A stretch of DNA of 62,246 bases from Fimbriimonadales bacterium (GTDB lineage Bacteria > Armatimonadota > Fimbriimonadia > Fimbriimonadales > ATM1): contig JBGTLG010000020.1 in the NCBI GenBank assembly GCA_041744215.1, forward strand, positions 1 to 62,246. Reading direction: 5' to 3'. Of the stretch, positions 29,281 to 39,577 are shown in pieces. The position numbers and the translations under genes are program-made. Within the stretch, counting starts at the first letter, position 1. Every line of letters begins with the position of its first letter. The notes beneath the pieces were generated by a model. It did not search any database. It was not told where the DNA came from and worked only from the letters and a program-made list of their open reading frames with translations.

Positions 29281-29605
29281 TGGTGCATACGCCGACGACC
29301 GCTTAGAGCGTTTTGCCGCTATGGACCGCAGTAAGCGGCTCGGGAATCTTGCCTCAAATCTCGCTCGGCTCGCAGCTTATTCTAAGAATCGACGACCTCT
29401 CGAGGCAGCCTATGCCATCGCGCGTGAGGCGCGATACTTTGCAGAGATCTGTGCAGCGACCGAGGCAGACCCTTCGATCTTTTGTGAGATTGACAAGGCA
29501 GTGGACGCTGCAATGGGTGCATTCGAGCGGGCTCAGTATCCACCCCCTGAGCTTGCAGCTCGTATCGCCGCGTGTTCGGAGTCCCTCATGAAGGTAAGAG
29601 GCTGA
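29270..29605 (+). CDS. Small helical hypothetical protein coupled to the DUF5674 gene
   Basis: ATG 29270 overlaps the upstream gene end; RLGNLASNLARL...EARYFAE. Confidence 0.6.
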   Translation: MRVSGAYADDRLERFAAMDRSKRLGNLASNLARLAAYSKNRRPLEAAYAIAREARYFAEICAATEADPSIFCEIDKAVDAAMGAFERAQYPPPELAARIAACSESLMKVRG

Positions 29606-29635
29606 AGATGCGATGCGGACAGCAGGGAGTCTCGA

Positions 29636-30049
29636 TTAAGACTCTGTCGGCCAGAACTCGCTCGGCGCCAGCCAGCTGTTTGACTTCACCTCTTCGCGCT
29701 GACTTGCCCAGAACGGATACAAGAGCACACCTCGCGCACCCGCAATCTCCCACTTGCCATCCTTAAGAAACTCGATGTAACAACGAACGATATGCCTGCC
29801 CCGGTAAACAGTTCGTACACGGCAGACTGGCGCTAATGCAGACATAACCAAGCCGATCGTGTCCTTCTCCGAGTAAACACGATCGTGCCAGTTTCCACAC
29901 ACGACAAGGTTGCCGCGCGATGTTTCTGCGACACGAATCTCGAATCCGTTTTCATCACTGCGCGGAATGATGAGTACGTCGCTTTCGACCGTGAATGGGA
30001 TGTTGCCTGCATCGGAGAGGGCGAGCTGTAGGTTTGCGACCAATCCCAA
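29636..30049 (-). CDS. Hypothetical protein
   Basis: 137-aa ORF starting directly after the oxidoreductase stop. Confidence 0.5.
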   Translation of the reverse strand: MGLVANLQLALSDAGNIPFTVESDVLIIPRSDENGFEIRVAETSRGNLVVCGNWHDRVYSEKDTIGLVMSALAPVCRVRTVYRGRHIVRCYIEFLKDGKWEIAGARGVLLYPFWASQREEVKSNSWLAPSEFWPTES

Positions 30050-31231
30050 TCAGATCCTCTCCCACTTCCTACTCACATTACTCCGCTCAACTGCATCTAA
30101 CACCGCCTGATTCCGCACCCCGTCCTCAAACGAAGGCGTCGGGTTTTCGCCGTGCGACATGCGAGCAAAGCCATCTGCAACCAGATTGACAAACGTGTGC
30201 TCATATCCGATGATATGTCCGACGGGCCAAAAGGCTGATGCGAAAAGATGCACCGAATCGGTCGTCTGAATCAACCTAAAACCATGATGCTCCGCAGGGT
30301 CGCCGGCATTGTAAAACTCCAGCTCGTTCATGCGCTCCAAGTTGAATGCGATCGAGCCCCCTGACCCATTGATCTCGAACCGATTATGGTTCTTACGCCC
30401 GACCGCAAAGCGACTCGCTTCGAACGTTCCGATTGCGCCACTTTCAAACCTCGCAAGAAACATCGAAGCGTCATCGACGCTCACCTCGCCCATCTCCGTT
30501 GACGCAACGCCGCCAAGCCTATCGTCCACCGCGGCAAGCTTCGGCCGCTCTCGAACAAACGTCTCTAAGTGCCCCGAAACTTCCACAAACTCGCCGACCA
30601 AAAACCTCGCCAAGTCGATGATGTGGGCGCCGATATCCCCGTGTGCGCCGGAGCCAGCAACCGATTTGTCCAGTCGCCATACCAAAGGAAAGCTCGGGTC
30701 AGCGATCCAATCCTGAAGATATACAGCGCGAAAGTGATAGATACGACCGAGGAGACCATCGTCGATCATTTTGCGCGCAAGCTGCACAGCGGGGCAATAG
30801 CGATAGTTATGGAAGACCGCGTGGAAAACGCCCGCGCGATCCACGGCATCCTTCATAGCGACCGCTTCGTCCAACGTGTTCGCCAAAGGCTTTTCGCACC
30901 AAACGATCTTCCCGTTCTCCGCAGCTGCGATCGAAATTGGAGCATGCAGATTTCCTGGAGTCGAGACGTCGATAAGGTCTATGTCCTTCCGCTCGACAAG
31001 CCGCCTCCAATCGGTCTCCGTTTCTTGCCACCCAAACTTATCCGCCGCCTCGCGCAACGGCCCTTCTGTACGCCCGCAAAGCACAGCCAACTCCGGCTCC
31101 CAATCCATCCCAAAAAAGCGCGGGGCTTGGCGATAGGCGTTGCTGTGCGCCTTCCCCATGAACTGGTAGCCCACCATACCGACTCGGATTCTGCGCTTCG
31201 CCATCAGCCTGGTAGTTCGCCGATCAAGCAT
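30050..31231 (-). CDS. Gfo/Idh/MocA oxidoreductase
   Basis: GMVGYQFMGKAHS, CEKPLA, GAHGDIGAHIID; GGGAGG RBS (alternative start 31204). Confidence 0.92.
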   Translation of the reverse strand: MLDRRTTRLMAKRRIRVGMVGYQFMGKAHSNAYRQAPRFFGMDWEPELAVLCGRTEGPLREAADKFGWQETETDWRRLVERKDIDLIDVSTPGNLHAPISIAAAENGKIVWCEKPLANTLDEAVAMKDAVDRAGVFHAVFHNYRYCPAVQLARKMIDDGLLGRIYHFRAVYLQDWIADPSFPLVWRLDKSVAGSGAHGDIGAHIIDLARFLVGEFVEVSGHLETFVRERPKLAAVDDRLGGVASTEMGEVSVDDASMFLARFESGAIGTFEASRFAVGRKNHNRFEINGSGGSIAFNLERMNELEFYNAGDPAEHHGFRLIQTTDSVHLFASAFWPVGHIIGYEHTFVNLVADGFARMSHGENPTPSFEDGVRNQAVLDAVERSNVSRKWERI

Positions 31232-31295
31232 CGATTCCCTCCCTATTGAAACTCACCGGGCAGCCAATCTGTTACATAATGTGGAAGTTAACCGT

Positions 31296-31650
31296 GGGGG
31301 CGACCGGTTTCGACAGAGCTGGTTGGCTTTCGGTTGCGAGCCGAGGATGCCGTTGGCCTCGTAAAAAAGCGGCAAAGCAAGTAACTGCGAATAACAACGC
31401 ATACGCTTACGCGGCCTAAAGTTGCCGCGGGCCTCCAGGATCCAAGCCGGTCGGATCGGGAAGGCCACGCAAAAGCCGGCTAGCGAAGGAAGCCACCGCC
31501 TTAGGCGACCCGAGCGAAACTAACAAGGCTGCCCTATCGTCATCCCGCCTGACGGAGGTTCGATAGGGGAGAAAAAATGTCGGGCTATGCTCGTAGACGC
31601 CGGAGGTACTCCGACTTTGGAAGGGGGTTCAATTCCCCCCGCCTCCACCA
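31296..31650 (+). ncRNA. ssrA: tmRNA; tag peptide (A)ANNNAYAYAA
   Basis: 5' GGGGGCG pairs with 3' CGCCTCC-ACCA with G3:U; GGTTTCGAC; T-arm GGGGGTTCAATTCCCCC; tag ORF 31387-31419. Confidence 0.96.
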
Positions 31651-31680
31651 TAAGAATTGAAGACGGTGACAAAAGCAAAC

Positions 31681-31719
31681 CGCCCGGATCGACTGAGTCG
31701 ATCCGGGCGATCGTTTTTT
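31681..31719. terminator. Rho-independent terminator between ssrA and the convergent T2SS operon
   Basis: CGCCCGGATCGAC-tga-GTCGATCCGGGCG followed by atcgTTTTTT. Confidence 0.8.
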
Positions 31720-31733
31720 AGCAGGAGGAGGGT

Positions 31734-32396
31734 TTAGCGGTTCTGCTCGTCTGCCTTGAAAGGTTTGCCTGCCATCGCTTTGAGCTTCTCGGATTGGTCA
31801 GGTGTTAGCACTTTGCCAAGTTCGGTGTCTAAAACCTTGTTGTTGTTCTCCATCCGCTCGCGGGCACCCTGCATGTCAAGAACTCCGTCTCTCACATCTT
31901 GCATGAGCGCTTGGTTCGCAGCCTCCAAGTTGGACTGCAGCGATTTGATCTTCCCTTTTTGTTCGTCGCTCAATCCCAAGTCCTTCTGAATGTCAGGATT
32001 TAAGATCGCTCGATTGCCCTGCAGTTGAACCTCGATCTCTTTGACGCGCTTCCTCTGAGGCTCTGTCAGAACGGCATAAGCCTTCTTTGTTACCTCTGCC
32101 TGAAACTTCTCCATCGTTTCGCGCATCGTGTCAAATCCACCACCGCCATCGCGCATTCCTTCAAACATCGCACGCATCTGCGCGGTTGCCTCTTGTTGAA
32201 TTGTCTCGAGTTGCGCCTTCTGATCTGCGGTGAGTTCGATATCACGTTGCACGTCTGGCCGCATGAGCAAGAACACTCCGCTGTTTTGCATCCCGCCCAT
32301 TCGCATCATGCCGCCTTGGCCCCTTTGGGCGATCGCACTCGCCGCAAGAAGCGACATTGCAGTCACTACGAGTATCAGCCGAACCATCGTCGTCAT
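31734..32396 (-). CDS. Secreted helical protein with Spy/CpxP-like LTxEQ repeats
   Basis: Signal peptide; LTADQK, VLTEPQR, LSDEQK, VLTPDQ; TAATG overlap with the gspD stop. Confidence 0.7.
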   Translation of the reverse strand: MTTMVRLILVVTAMSLLAASAIAQRGQGGMMRMGGMQNSGVFLLMRPDVQRDIELTADQKAQLETIQQEATAQMRAMFEGMRDGGGGFDTMRETMEKFQAEVTKKAYAVLTEPQRKRVKEIEVQLQGNRAILNPDIQKDLGLSDEQKGKIKSLQSNLEAANQALMQDVRDGVLDMQGARERMENNNKVLDTELGKVLTPDQSEKLKAMAGKPFKADEQNR

Positions 32397-34777
32397 TAGT
32401 TTCCTCCGCCCTGGGTCTTATCGTTGGAACCTCCACCGTTTCCTCGGTCAATCTGCTTTTGAACGCCAGGAGACAGTTTCTTTTGCTCTTCCTCTCTTAG
32501 CCGCTGCGCTTCCGCTGGATCACGCACGACGCGCGGCGTTAGGAAGACAAGCAGCTCTGTCTTGACATCCTGCTTCGAAGTGGATTTGAATAGTTCACCG
32601 AGAAGCGGAATGTCACCGAGCAGAGGCACCTTGCGCACCGTCGAACTCACCGTGTTCCGGATAATGCCACCGAGAATGATCGTCTCGCCATCCCGCACCG
32701 ACACCGAAGTCTGTGCAGATCTTTGGTTGATGATCGGCGCATTGAAGGAGGTGAAGCCTTGGAGATCATTTGCAGTCTGCAAGATATCCATAGTCACGAT
32801 GCCGTTTGAGGTTATTCGAGGCGTGACCGTCAGGATGATGCCAACATCTTCAAACGCGTAGTTGAACGTCAAGTTCCCGTTGGGGTCCTCTCGAGTGCTC
32901 AACACGTAAGGAACGCGCTGGCTGATGTTGATCTGAGCTTGCACGTTGTTCGATGTGAATATCCTCGGCGTCGATAGCACCTGGAACTTCTGATCCGCCT
33001 TGAGCATGTTTACGAACGAGGTCAGATCGTTCCCGCTCAGCGTGTAGCGGAATCCCTGCAAGGCCGGGTTCGCCCCTTGGAGCCCGAAGTTAGTCTCGCC
33101 AACTCCAATGTTCCCGCCGCCAAGCTTGTCTTGCACAAATCTCCACTCAACGCCAAACTGCGACGAGGAATCGAGCGTCGCCTCGATGATCATCGTTTCG
33201 ATCATCACCTGCTCAGGAATGCGATCAAGCTGCTCGAGAATGCTCTGAATGATGCCTGCGTTCTCTGGGCCGGTTACGACGATCAGACTGTTCGTATTCG
33301 GGTCTGGGATTACGGTCACCTGGCCGGTCAGGTCGCGCACATTGACGAGCCGTCCTTGTGCATCTCGACCGACCTGCCCCTGCGCTCCCGCGCCCTGCGC
33401 GCCGCCTCCAAAAACCCTGTTGATGTTGCCGCCTTGAACGCCGACCATCGTCATCAGGTCGCCGAACTCCGCTTCGGGATCGTCGAACTCGAGGAGCAGT
33501 TCGTTATCCAGAATCTGCTCGTTTCGAATACCACCGCCCCCAAATCCGCCGAACCCTCCACCCGTGCGATTGTTCTGATTGCCACCCGGTCGCATCTGGG
33601 TTCCCTGATTTGTGTTGCGAGCCTGGCCCTGCCCGGCCCGAGCTTGTCCGGTACCCGCGCGGGTCCCGAATGCCTGCCCGAGCAACTGCGCCATCTGGTC
33701 GGCGCGTGCGTTGCTGAGCGGGAAGACGAAAGTAGAAGTTTCGTAGACAACTTCGGTGTCCAGTTCTTCGAGAACCTTTTCGAGCAGAACAAGGTTTTCC
33801 TGGGTCGCCGTTACAACGAGCGCGTTTGTGCGGTTGTCAGCGACCACGTTCCCGAACGCGGACTGCATACTCCCCGTTCGGAAGGCCTGCGTGAATCGCT
33901 GGTCGATAGGAATGCTCTGATTGCCTTGACCGCCGCGGCCCTTCGGCGCGTTCGAGATTAAGATGTTCTGAACGATGGGCACAAGTTCCGCCGCTGTTGC
34001 GAACTGGAGTGGGAACACTCTCGCCTGCATCGGCTGGTCCACTTCTTTGTCAATGTCCGCGATCAGCTTCGCGACTTGAACATGGTCACGCGAACTTGCA
34101 TTGACAATGACGGTGTTGCTGTAATCGTCCGAAGATGCGCGGACAGCGGATCCCATATTCCCGCCCATCTGCATGTTCGGTCGACCGCCTCCGCCGCGCC
34201 CTTGCTGGTTCCCGCCCCCAAACATCTGCGCGAGCTGCTGCAGCGGGTTTTGCTGTGCCTGCTGCGAGAAGACCTCATTGATGACGCGCGCGACTTGCGT
34301 AGCGTTCGCATACCTGATTGGGTACACGCGGAGCTCTGTCGTCGAACCTCCACCCATCATGCCCTGGAGCATCTCAGGCGGGATTGCCGACATATCAAAT
34401 CCACCGCGACCGCCACCTTGCTGCCTGCGCTGTCGAATCACAAGGAGGTTTCCTTCTCGCGCCATTTCAAAGTTCTTCAGCCCGATCGTCGTGCTGAATA
34501 TCTGGAAGGCTTCCGTAAGCGGCACTTCAGAAGCGCTGGTCACCGTAATGGGCCCCGTAAGCGCAGGGTCTTTCACGATGGTGACGCCCGACGTTCTAGA
34601 CAACAACGAGATCACCATGTCGACGTTAGCGTTTCGGAAGTCAAGCTTGATTTTGGTCGCGGGCAGCTCAAAGCCTTCCCAAGGGCGGTTGGAACGGCCG
34701 CCACCGAAATCGAATTGTGCCCACGCAGTGCAAATCGCAAGCATGAACACAGCAACAAATGTCAACTTACCTTTCAA
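32396..34777 (-). CDS. gspD: Type II secretion secretin GspD
   Basis: N domains (LDFRNA, YANA, D.RTNALVV), QVMIETMIIE, VLSTPRI, DGETIILGG, KVPLLGDIPLLGELF, KTELLVFLTPRVV. Confidence 0.93.
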   Translation of the reverse strand: MKGKLTFVAVFMLAICTAWAQFDFGGGRSNRPWEGFELPATKIKLDFRNANVDMVISLLSRTSGVTIVKDPALTGPITVTSASEVPLTEAFQIFSTTIGLKNFEMAREGNLLVIRQRRQQGGGRGGFDMSAIPPEMLQGMMGGGSTTELRVYPIRYANATQVARVINEVFSQQAQQNPLQQLAQMFGGGNQQGRGGGGRPNMQMGGNMGSAVRASSDDYSNTVIVNASSRDHVQVAKLIADIDKEVDQPMQARVFPLQFATAAELVPIVQNILISNAPKGRGGQGNQSIPIDQRFTQAFRTGSMQSAFGNVVADNRTNALVVTATQENLVLLEKVLEELDTEVVYETSTFVFPLSNARADQMAQLLGQAFGTRAGTGQARAGQGQARNTNQGTQMRPGGNQNNRTGGGFGGFGGGGIRNEQILDNELLLEFDDPEAEFGDLMTMVGVQGGNINRVFGGGAQGAGAQGQVGRDAQGRLVNVRDLTGQVTVIPDPNTNSLIVVTGPENAGIIQSILEQLDRIPEQVMIETMIIEATLDSSSQFGVEWRFVQDKLGGGNIGVGETNFGLQGANPALQGFRYTLSGNDLTSFVNMLKADQKFQVLSTPRIFTSNNVQAQINISQRVPYVLSTREDPNGNLTFNYAFEDVGIILTVTPRITSNGIVTMDILQTANDLQGFTSFNAPIINQRSAQTSVSVRDGETIILGGIIRNTVSSTVRKVPLLGDIPLLGELFKSTSKQDVKTELLVFLTPRVVRDPAEAQRLREEEQKKLSPGVQKQIDRGNGGGSNDKTQGGGN

Positions 34778-35408
34778 GGCCTTCCTCCGATGCGCGTATC
34801 TCTTCGATGCCCGGTACGCGCGCTTCGGGCGATATCATGAGTTCGTCGCCAAAACTTCGTTCGACAGCTGCATTTAAGTCTAACGGTCGAATCGAGGTGG
34901 CGCTGTAGGTTTCGAAAGTGTCGAGTATTCGGACGGTTCTTGTCAGGCCGCCCGGGCCGGCCAACACTACGGTCTCAGGGGTTATTCGAGCGATCGTAGA
35001 GGACTTCCACCGGTCTCCGTGCTTGACAAACGACCCCTCTTGAGTAGACGAGTTTTCCAACAAGGCGACAGGAGCGCCATCTATGATCGCGATGCCTGTA
35101 AAGATCCAGTTCGGCTCACCCGCAGCAAAGTCCAGCGGAATGGCGTTTGGGGCAAGGTTGATGCCGGCGTCAGCCGTCCCAGTGCGAGCGACCAGCGGAC
35201 GAAAGACATTTCGCCCGGGATCAGTGACAGGAGGAAAAGCCGCGCTATAGTCCTCAGCCAAGAATCCACTTGCTGCCTTCTTTGCTGCCGGGGGAGCCTT
35301 CCTGGTGGGGGCGGGCTTAGTGGGCTCGTCGGCGGTCAACAGCCACGCGGCAACCGCAATGGTTGCCACGCCACCATAGATGATCGGCCTGGAGACTTTC
35401 AAATTCAC
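34767..35408 (-). CDS. GspC/PilP-like inner membrane component
   Basis: N-terminal TM, RNVF, FTGIAIIDGAPVALLEN HR-like domain; position before gspD. Confidence 0.55.
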   Translation of the reverse strand: MNLKVSRPIIYGGVATIAVAAWLLTADEPTKPAPTRKAPPAAKKAASGFLAEDYSAAFPPVTDPGRNVFRPLVARTGTADAGINLAPNAIPLDFAAGEPNWIFTGIAIIDGAPVALLENSSTQEGSFVKHGDRWKSSTIARITPETVVLAGPGGLTRTVRILDTFETYSATSIRPLDLNAAVERSFGDELMISPEARVPGIEEIRASEEGLER

Positions 35409-35942
35409 TTACTTGCTGCCTCCCTCAGGTAGGCGGAAGGCCACGATGCCGACCGTAGCGGTAACCCTGTCAGAGGCTGCGTCGGCGCTGGCGACCTGTA
35501 TACTTGTTACCGCAAGGCGGTTGCTACGAGTTCCCAGATCGCGCGCGGTAGTAAGGATGTTCGGGAATGACCCCTCGAGTGTTACAAGGAACGGCAACTG
35601 CTCTAATCCCCCGCTCAGAACCGTTCGCTGTGGCCTGAAGCCGAGGATCTTCGTCCTACTGCGATCGGCAACCCGGCTCACGATATCCAGAGCCCTCGGC
35701 TCCACCTGTTCCGGCTGCTCGACCCACGTCAACTCTTGGATCTGCTCGGCGTACGCCTCTCCCTGCCGAGCCACCTTACTCGCGTCTTCGATTATTGCCA
35801 TCTCTCTTCGTTTCTGGTCAGCCGCAGAAACGCGGACCGGATCTTTTGGAAAGAGCAGCACAATCCCCGCGACAAGGGACGCAATGATCGCCACGATGGG
35901 GATAAGCACGAAGAGCCGGTCCGGAGTGAGTTTCGACATCAT
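35409..35942 (-). CDS. GspM/PilO-like protein
   Basis: TM plus coiled coil plus LPFLVTLEGSF ferredoxin-like domain. Confidence 0.65.
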   Translation of the reverse strand: MMSKLTPDRLFVLIPIVAIIASLVAGIVLLFPKDPVRVSAADQKRREMAIIEDASKVARQGEAYAEQIQELTWVEQPEQVEPRALDIVSRVADRSRTKILGFRPQRTVLSGGLEQLPFLVTLEGSFPNILTTARDLGTRSNRLAVTSIQVASADAASDRVTATVGIVAFRLPEGGSK

Positions 35943-37219
35943 CGTGCAGCCCTCGTTGTCTCGCTAATCGGGACGTTCCCAACTGCGTGAGCTTGTGCGG
36001 AGAACTGCACAACCGGCGTTGCTTCAATCGCTGCATTGTTTGCAAACAGCAGCCTGACGTCGCGAAATCTCGGGTCGGACGTAAGGGATGTGATGAACTG
36101 AGACACGCTTTCGTTTGAGGTGGCTGTACCCCGGACGAGCATCGGTTTGCCGCGCTCGATACTGAAGTTGGTAAGCCACATTCCCTCCGTCACGTGATTC
36201 GTCACGACCGTCAAGACGTCGCCCATCGGCTGGGCGGCATTGAATGCACGCTCCAATGTGTCTACCAGCTTTGCCTGCTCTTGGGTTTGCGATTGCACCG
36301 ACGCCAGCTTCGACCGCAGCGTGCGCAAGTCCGCCTCTTGGCGCGCACGAACCTTCGCTGCAGCCGCCTCAGTCTCGCTGTTTCTCAGCCCAACAGCGAC
36401 CCACATTAACAAGGCAACCGCGCACAGCAACGCGGTGAGGCGAACGCGGGTCGATCGCTTCTTCATCTCCCGGGCCTGAACCACTCGCGGCGACTCAAGA
36501 TGGACAGCCGCACGAGAAGACTGGACCGCGCCGAGGAGCGCTCCTGGAGCTTGATCAAATGTGTAGTCGCCGAGAGGCGAACGCAGTTCGCCCGCAAAGA
36601 CGATGGGCAGGTGATCAACCTCTGCAGCCGCGAGCGTCTGCGAGATCTCGATGCTGAGCGTCTGATCGGACGGCGTCACCGCAGATTCCCGCGTATAAAC
36701 GACCTCGCCGTTCATCACGACATCGAATGCAATCCCGCCTGCAACCGCAGAAACGACCAAACACTTTTCCAACTCGAGAGACTCTGCAATCAGTGCCGAC
36801 CCTAAGCAAGCGGGAAGCGCCTGGGATGGCTCGAGTCCTGCGCTTGCGAGCTGCGATCGGAGTTGGTCTAAGTGCTTTTCTTGAACCGCGTAAACGACAG
36901 CGAGGCGACCTTCGGAAGTCACGTCTCGAGTTAGATGAAGATCGAATGCCACCTCACTTTGCGATACGGGCAGCAACTGCTCAAGCTGGAGTCCAACAAC
37001 TTGCCTGACCTCGGACTTCGATACATCAGGAACTCTCAGAACACGCAGAAACACCCATCTGCGCGGGATCGCGACCAGGACGGACGAACCCGCTCCCACA
37101 ATGCTCGCGACCTCCATGACGTCTCTTGCGACCCTCGTCTTCGGAGACGTTTCGTCATACACAGCGAACCCTTCAAGCGCAGGTTCGACTATGTGGCCGG
37201 TTGTCGCTTTCGCGCTCAT
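35939..37219 (-). CDS. GspL-like (PilM/PilN fusion) protein
   Basis: Cytoplasmic actin-like N-terminal part, TM, coiled coil, PilN-like GMWLTNFS...VRGTA...FRDVRL. Confidence 0.7.
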   Translation of the reverse strand: MSAKATTGHIVEPALEGFAVYDETSPKTRVARDVMEVASIVGAGSSVLVAIPRRWVFLRVLRVPDVSKSEVRQVVGLQLEQLLPVSQSEVAFDLHLTRDVTSEGRLAVVYAVQEKHLDQLRSQLASAGLEPSQALPACLGSALIAESLELEKCLVVSAVAGGIAFDVVMNGEVVYTRESAVTPSDQTLSIEISQTLAAAEVDHLPIVFAGELRSPLGDYTFDQAPGALLGAVQSSRAAVHLESPRVVQAREMKKRSTRVRLTALLCAVALLMWVAVGLRNSETEAAAAKVRARQEADLRTLRSKLASVQSQTQEQAKLVDTLERAFNAAQPMGDVLTVVTNHVTEGMWLTNFSIERGKPMLVRGTATSNESVSQFITSLTSDPRFRDVRLLFANNAAIEATPVVQFSAQAHAVGNVPISETTRAAR

Positions 37220-38469
37220 GAAATGCCCCCAAACTCGACGTCATTCGTAGCTTCGTCCGCCCATCCCCAGAGCCACACCGCGCGCGTCGGGGGGAGTCGC
37301 CTGATAGACGTGATTCTCGGCGTGTCGTCAATGATGCGAATGGATGCCTCAACCGCGATGCGAATGGGGCCGTGTTGACCAAGCGCGCGGATTACGAAAG
37401 TTCGTGTGTTGACCGTCAACCCATCAACAATATCCGCAAGAGTAATCAGATTGATACCGGGGATGTCGAGCAGCGCGCCGACGCTTGTAAAGCCGGATGT
37501 TTGCTGCTGGAAGATGTTGGAAGCGATGTCCGGCGTGATTCCGGGCAACGTGTTTAGCACAGCTTCACTTGCAGTATTGATGTTAACCTGTCCTTCGATT
37601 TCAGTTCCGGCGGAAACGGTCAGATTGTCGATGATGGCACGCGCGGATTGAGCGTTGATTCCCGGAATGAGAAGCACCTCTCCCAAACGGACAAAAGTGC
37701 CTTGCGTGTTCCTTCGTTGGATAATTTGCATCGCGGTTTGGGCCGGAATACCCCTCGCCACCAGTGCTTGGGTCGTCGCAGTGTTGACGTTTAGCTTAGT
37801 TTGCCCGTCTGCCGCTAGGTTTGCGGATCGCGATCCGATCGTCACGAGTTCCGCAAGTACGGCCTCCTCCCCTCGCTCGTTAATCAGTTGCGCGGCCGTA
37901 GTCTGAAGATTTGTAGGAGGCGAGTATAGCGTGGTCGGGGCAAATCCTCGAACCAACAGCAGTTCGTCGACAGATTGCATCGGACCGAGGCGCGCGTTGT
38001 ACGGGTTAGGCAGTTGATTGTAGTAGTCGTCCTTTGCGCCGTTGGGCCGTGCGACAAAGCCAGGTTCTCGCCAATCGAGCAACGCCTCGATCTGATCGAC
38101 TGTCAGCGGCAACCTCTCAAGTTGCGACTGCTGAGCAGTATTCAGGTTGACAAATCCAGACGCATCGACGATCTGAAGTCGGATCGAGCCGTTCTCATAC
38201 AGAAAGTTCTGTGATCCGTCTTCGCCAAATCGTGCCCACGTATCCGCATCAGTCCAAGGCACCTGTCCGGTGATGAGTTGGTCTTGCAAAACGCTCAAAC
38301 ATCGCTGAATCCCTGAGTTGGCCAAATGCTCGGCGCGAATGGCCGCAGTGCGATTGGCGAGCGCGCGAAGCTCTACGCGCCGAACGGAAACGACTCCAGC
38401 CAGAATTGCAACGAGCGTCGCGAGTGTAATCAGCGTAAACACGAACACCCCGCCTCTCTGACGCCTCAT
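37216..38469 (-). CDS. gspK: Minor pseudopilin GspK
   Basis: RQRGGVF + TM; VNLNTA, LLDWR, VDELLLVRG, VNINTAS..VL..LPGI helix-hairpin repeats. Confidence 0.85.
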   Translation of the reverse strand: MRRQRGGVFVFTLITLATLVAILAGVVSVRRVELRALANRTAAIRAEHLANSGIQRCLSVLQDQLITGQVPWTDADTWARFGEDGSQNFLYENGSIRLQIVDASGFVNLNTAQQSQLERLPLTVDQIEALLDWREPGFVARPNGAKDDYYNQLPNPYNARLGPMQSVDELLLVRGFAPTTLYSPPTNLQTTAAQLINERGEEAVLAELVTIGSRSANLAADGQTKLNVNTATTQALVARGIPAQTAMQIIQRRNTQGTFVRLGEVLLIPGINAQSARAIIDNLTVSAGTEIEGQVNINTASEAVLNTLPGITPDIASNIFQQQTSGFTSVGALLDIPGINLITLADIVDGLTVNTRTFVIRALGQHGPIRIAVEASIRIIDDTPRITSIRRLPPTRAVWLWGWADEATNDVEFGGIS

Positions 38470-39182
38470 TGAATGCCTCCAGAAATCGCCGGGTTGCGAG
38501 GAGTCACGTCACTGTAAGGTACTCGCACGAGGAGCGTGCGCTCTTCGTCTGGATCGCTAATCAACACGTAGATTATGCGAACCGCAGCAGGTAAGCGCGG
38601 CTCGGCTTGTGCCTCGGTGTCCCAAGCGCCGACCCACTGAGAACCGTCGAAAAACTCAAAGCGAATTGACTCGACATCGTCCGAAAGCAACTCCTCGTAA
38701 CCTCCCTGCGTTGGATCGCCATCGGCTGGAGTTTGCCTTCTGACGAAGAGACCGGTTTGGCCGCCAGAGTCGAGGAAGGGTGTTGTCGAGAGTGAGATCT
38801 CTTCGATTCCGCTGGGCGGCCCGATTCGTTCGTTAAGCTCTTCAAACGTCATTTCGCTCGACGTCACGGAGTCGCTCGGAGCGCGGTGTGCAGTAAACGT
38901 TAGCGACGCAGCATTGACACCGCTACCTCCCAGCAACACCGAGTCCGCAAGAAAGTAAGAAGCCGGATCGTCAACATCTGTACTCAAAACAGCGCGACGA
39001 ATCAGTCCACGCAAATCGTCCTCGAATCGTCTTGCAATTTCTTCGCTTTCGATTGCCGCATCCATGTTTCGTTCTTGGACTGTTGCGGCCGCAAACGCGC
39101 GCACGAGTGTGATTGTCAGCAACGCCGTCACCGCTAACAGCACCACCATCTCCAAAATCGTCGTTCCACGGGTCCTTCTCAA
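38466..39182 (-). CDS. gspJ: Minor pseudopilin GspJ
   Basis: RG|TTILEMVV prepilin-like start; VESIRFEFFDG..W..W...LPAAVRI. Confidence 0.78.
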   Translation of the reverse strand: MRRTRGTTILEMVVLLAVTALLTITLVRAFAAATVQERNMDAAIESEEIARRFEDDLRGLIRRAVLSTDVDDPASYFLADSVLLGGSGVNAASLTFTAHRAPSDSVTSSEMTFEELNERIGPPSGIEEISLSTTPFLDSGGQTGLFVRRQTPADGDPTQGGYEELLSDDVESIRFEFFDGSQWVGAWDTEAQAEPRLPAAVRIIYVLISDPDEERTLLVRVPYSDVTPRNPAISGGIQ

Positions 39183-39577
39183 GGATCCTCACCCCCACCG
39201 GCAACAAACTGCTCAGTGAAAATCATTCCTCGAATCTCGACGCCTTCATCGTCCTGCCTCCCAGTCGATGTGACTCGCACCGTAACCTCGCGCAAATCGG
39301 TCGTGACTCCTGTTGCGCTCTCGACGCTGTAGGAATACGGCTGCGGGTCGAAGTCGCCCGAGAATGGCGCCGATTCGTACTCTCCTGTTGCGATCACTTC
39401 GTCGTACTTCTCGACTGCAAGGCGTAGCATTAGCTCGCTCTCGCGTGTCTGCACCCGGGTCGCATTGATCGATGCGAACGCACCCATTACTGCGACGATC
39501 CCCGTGATCGCAAGCGCTGTCGAAACAACCGCTTCGACGAGGGAAAATCCACGACTACGTCCGGCGTTCAAGTTCAC
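39179..39577 (-). CDS. gspI: Minor pseudopilin GspI
   Basis: RG|FSLVEAVV; LREVTVRV; start set at GTG 39577. Confidence 0.72.
   Translation of the reverse strand: MNLNAGRSRGFSLVEAVVSTALAITGIVAVMGAFASINATRVQTRESELMLRLAVEKYDEVIATGEYESAPFSGDFDPQPYSYSVESATGVTTDLREVTVRVTSTGRQDDEGVEIRGMIFTEQFVAGGGEDP

Noticed and set aside
33077-34877. Several 230-290 aa plus-strand ORFs
   Set aside because: Antisense shadows of gspD, expected in GC-rich DNA
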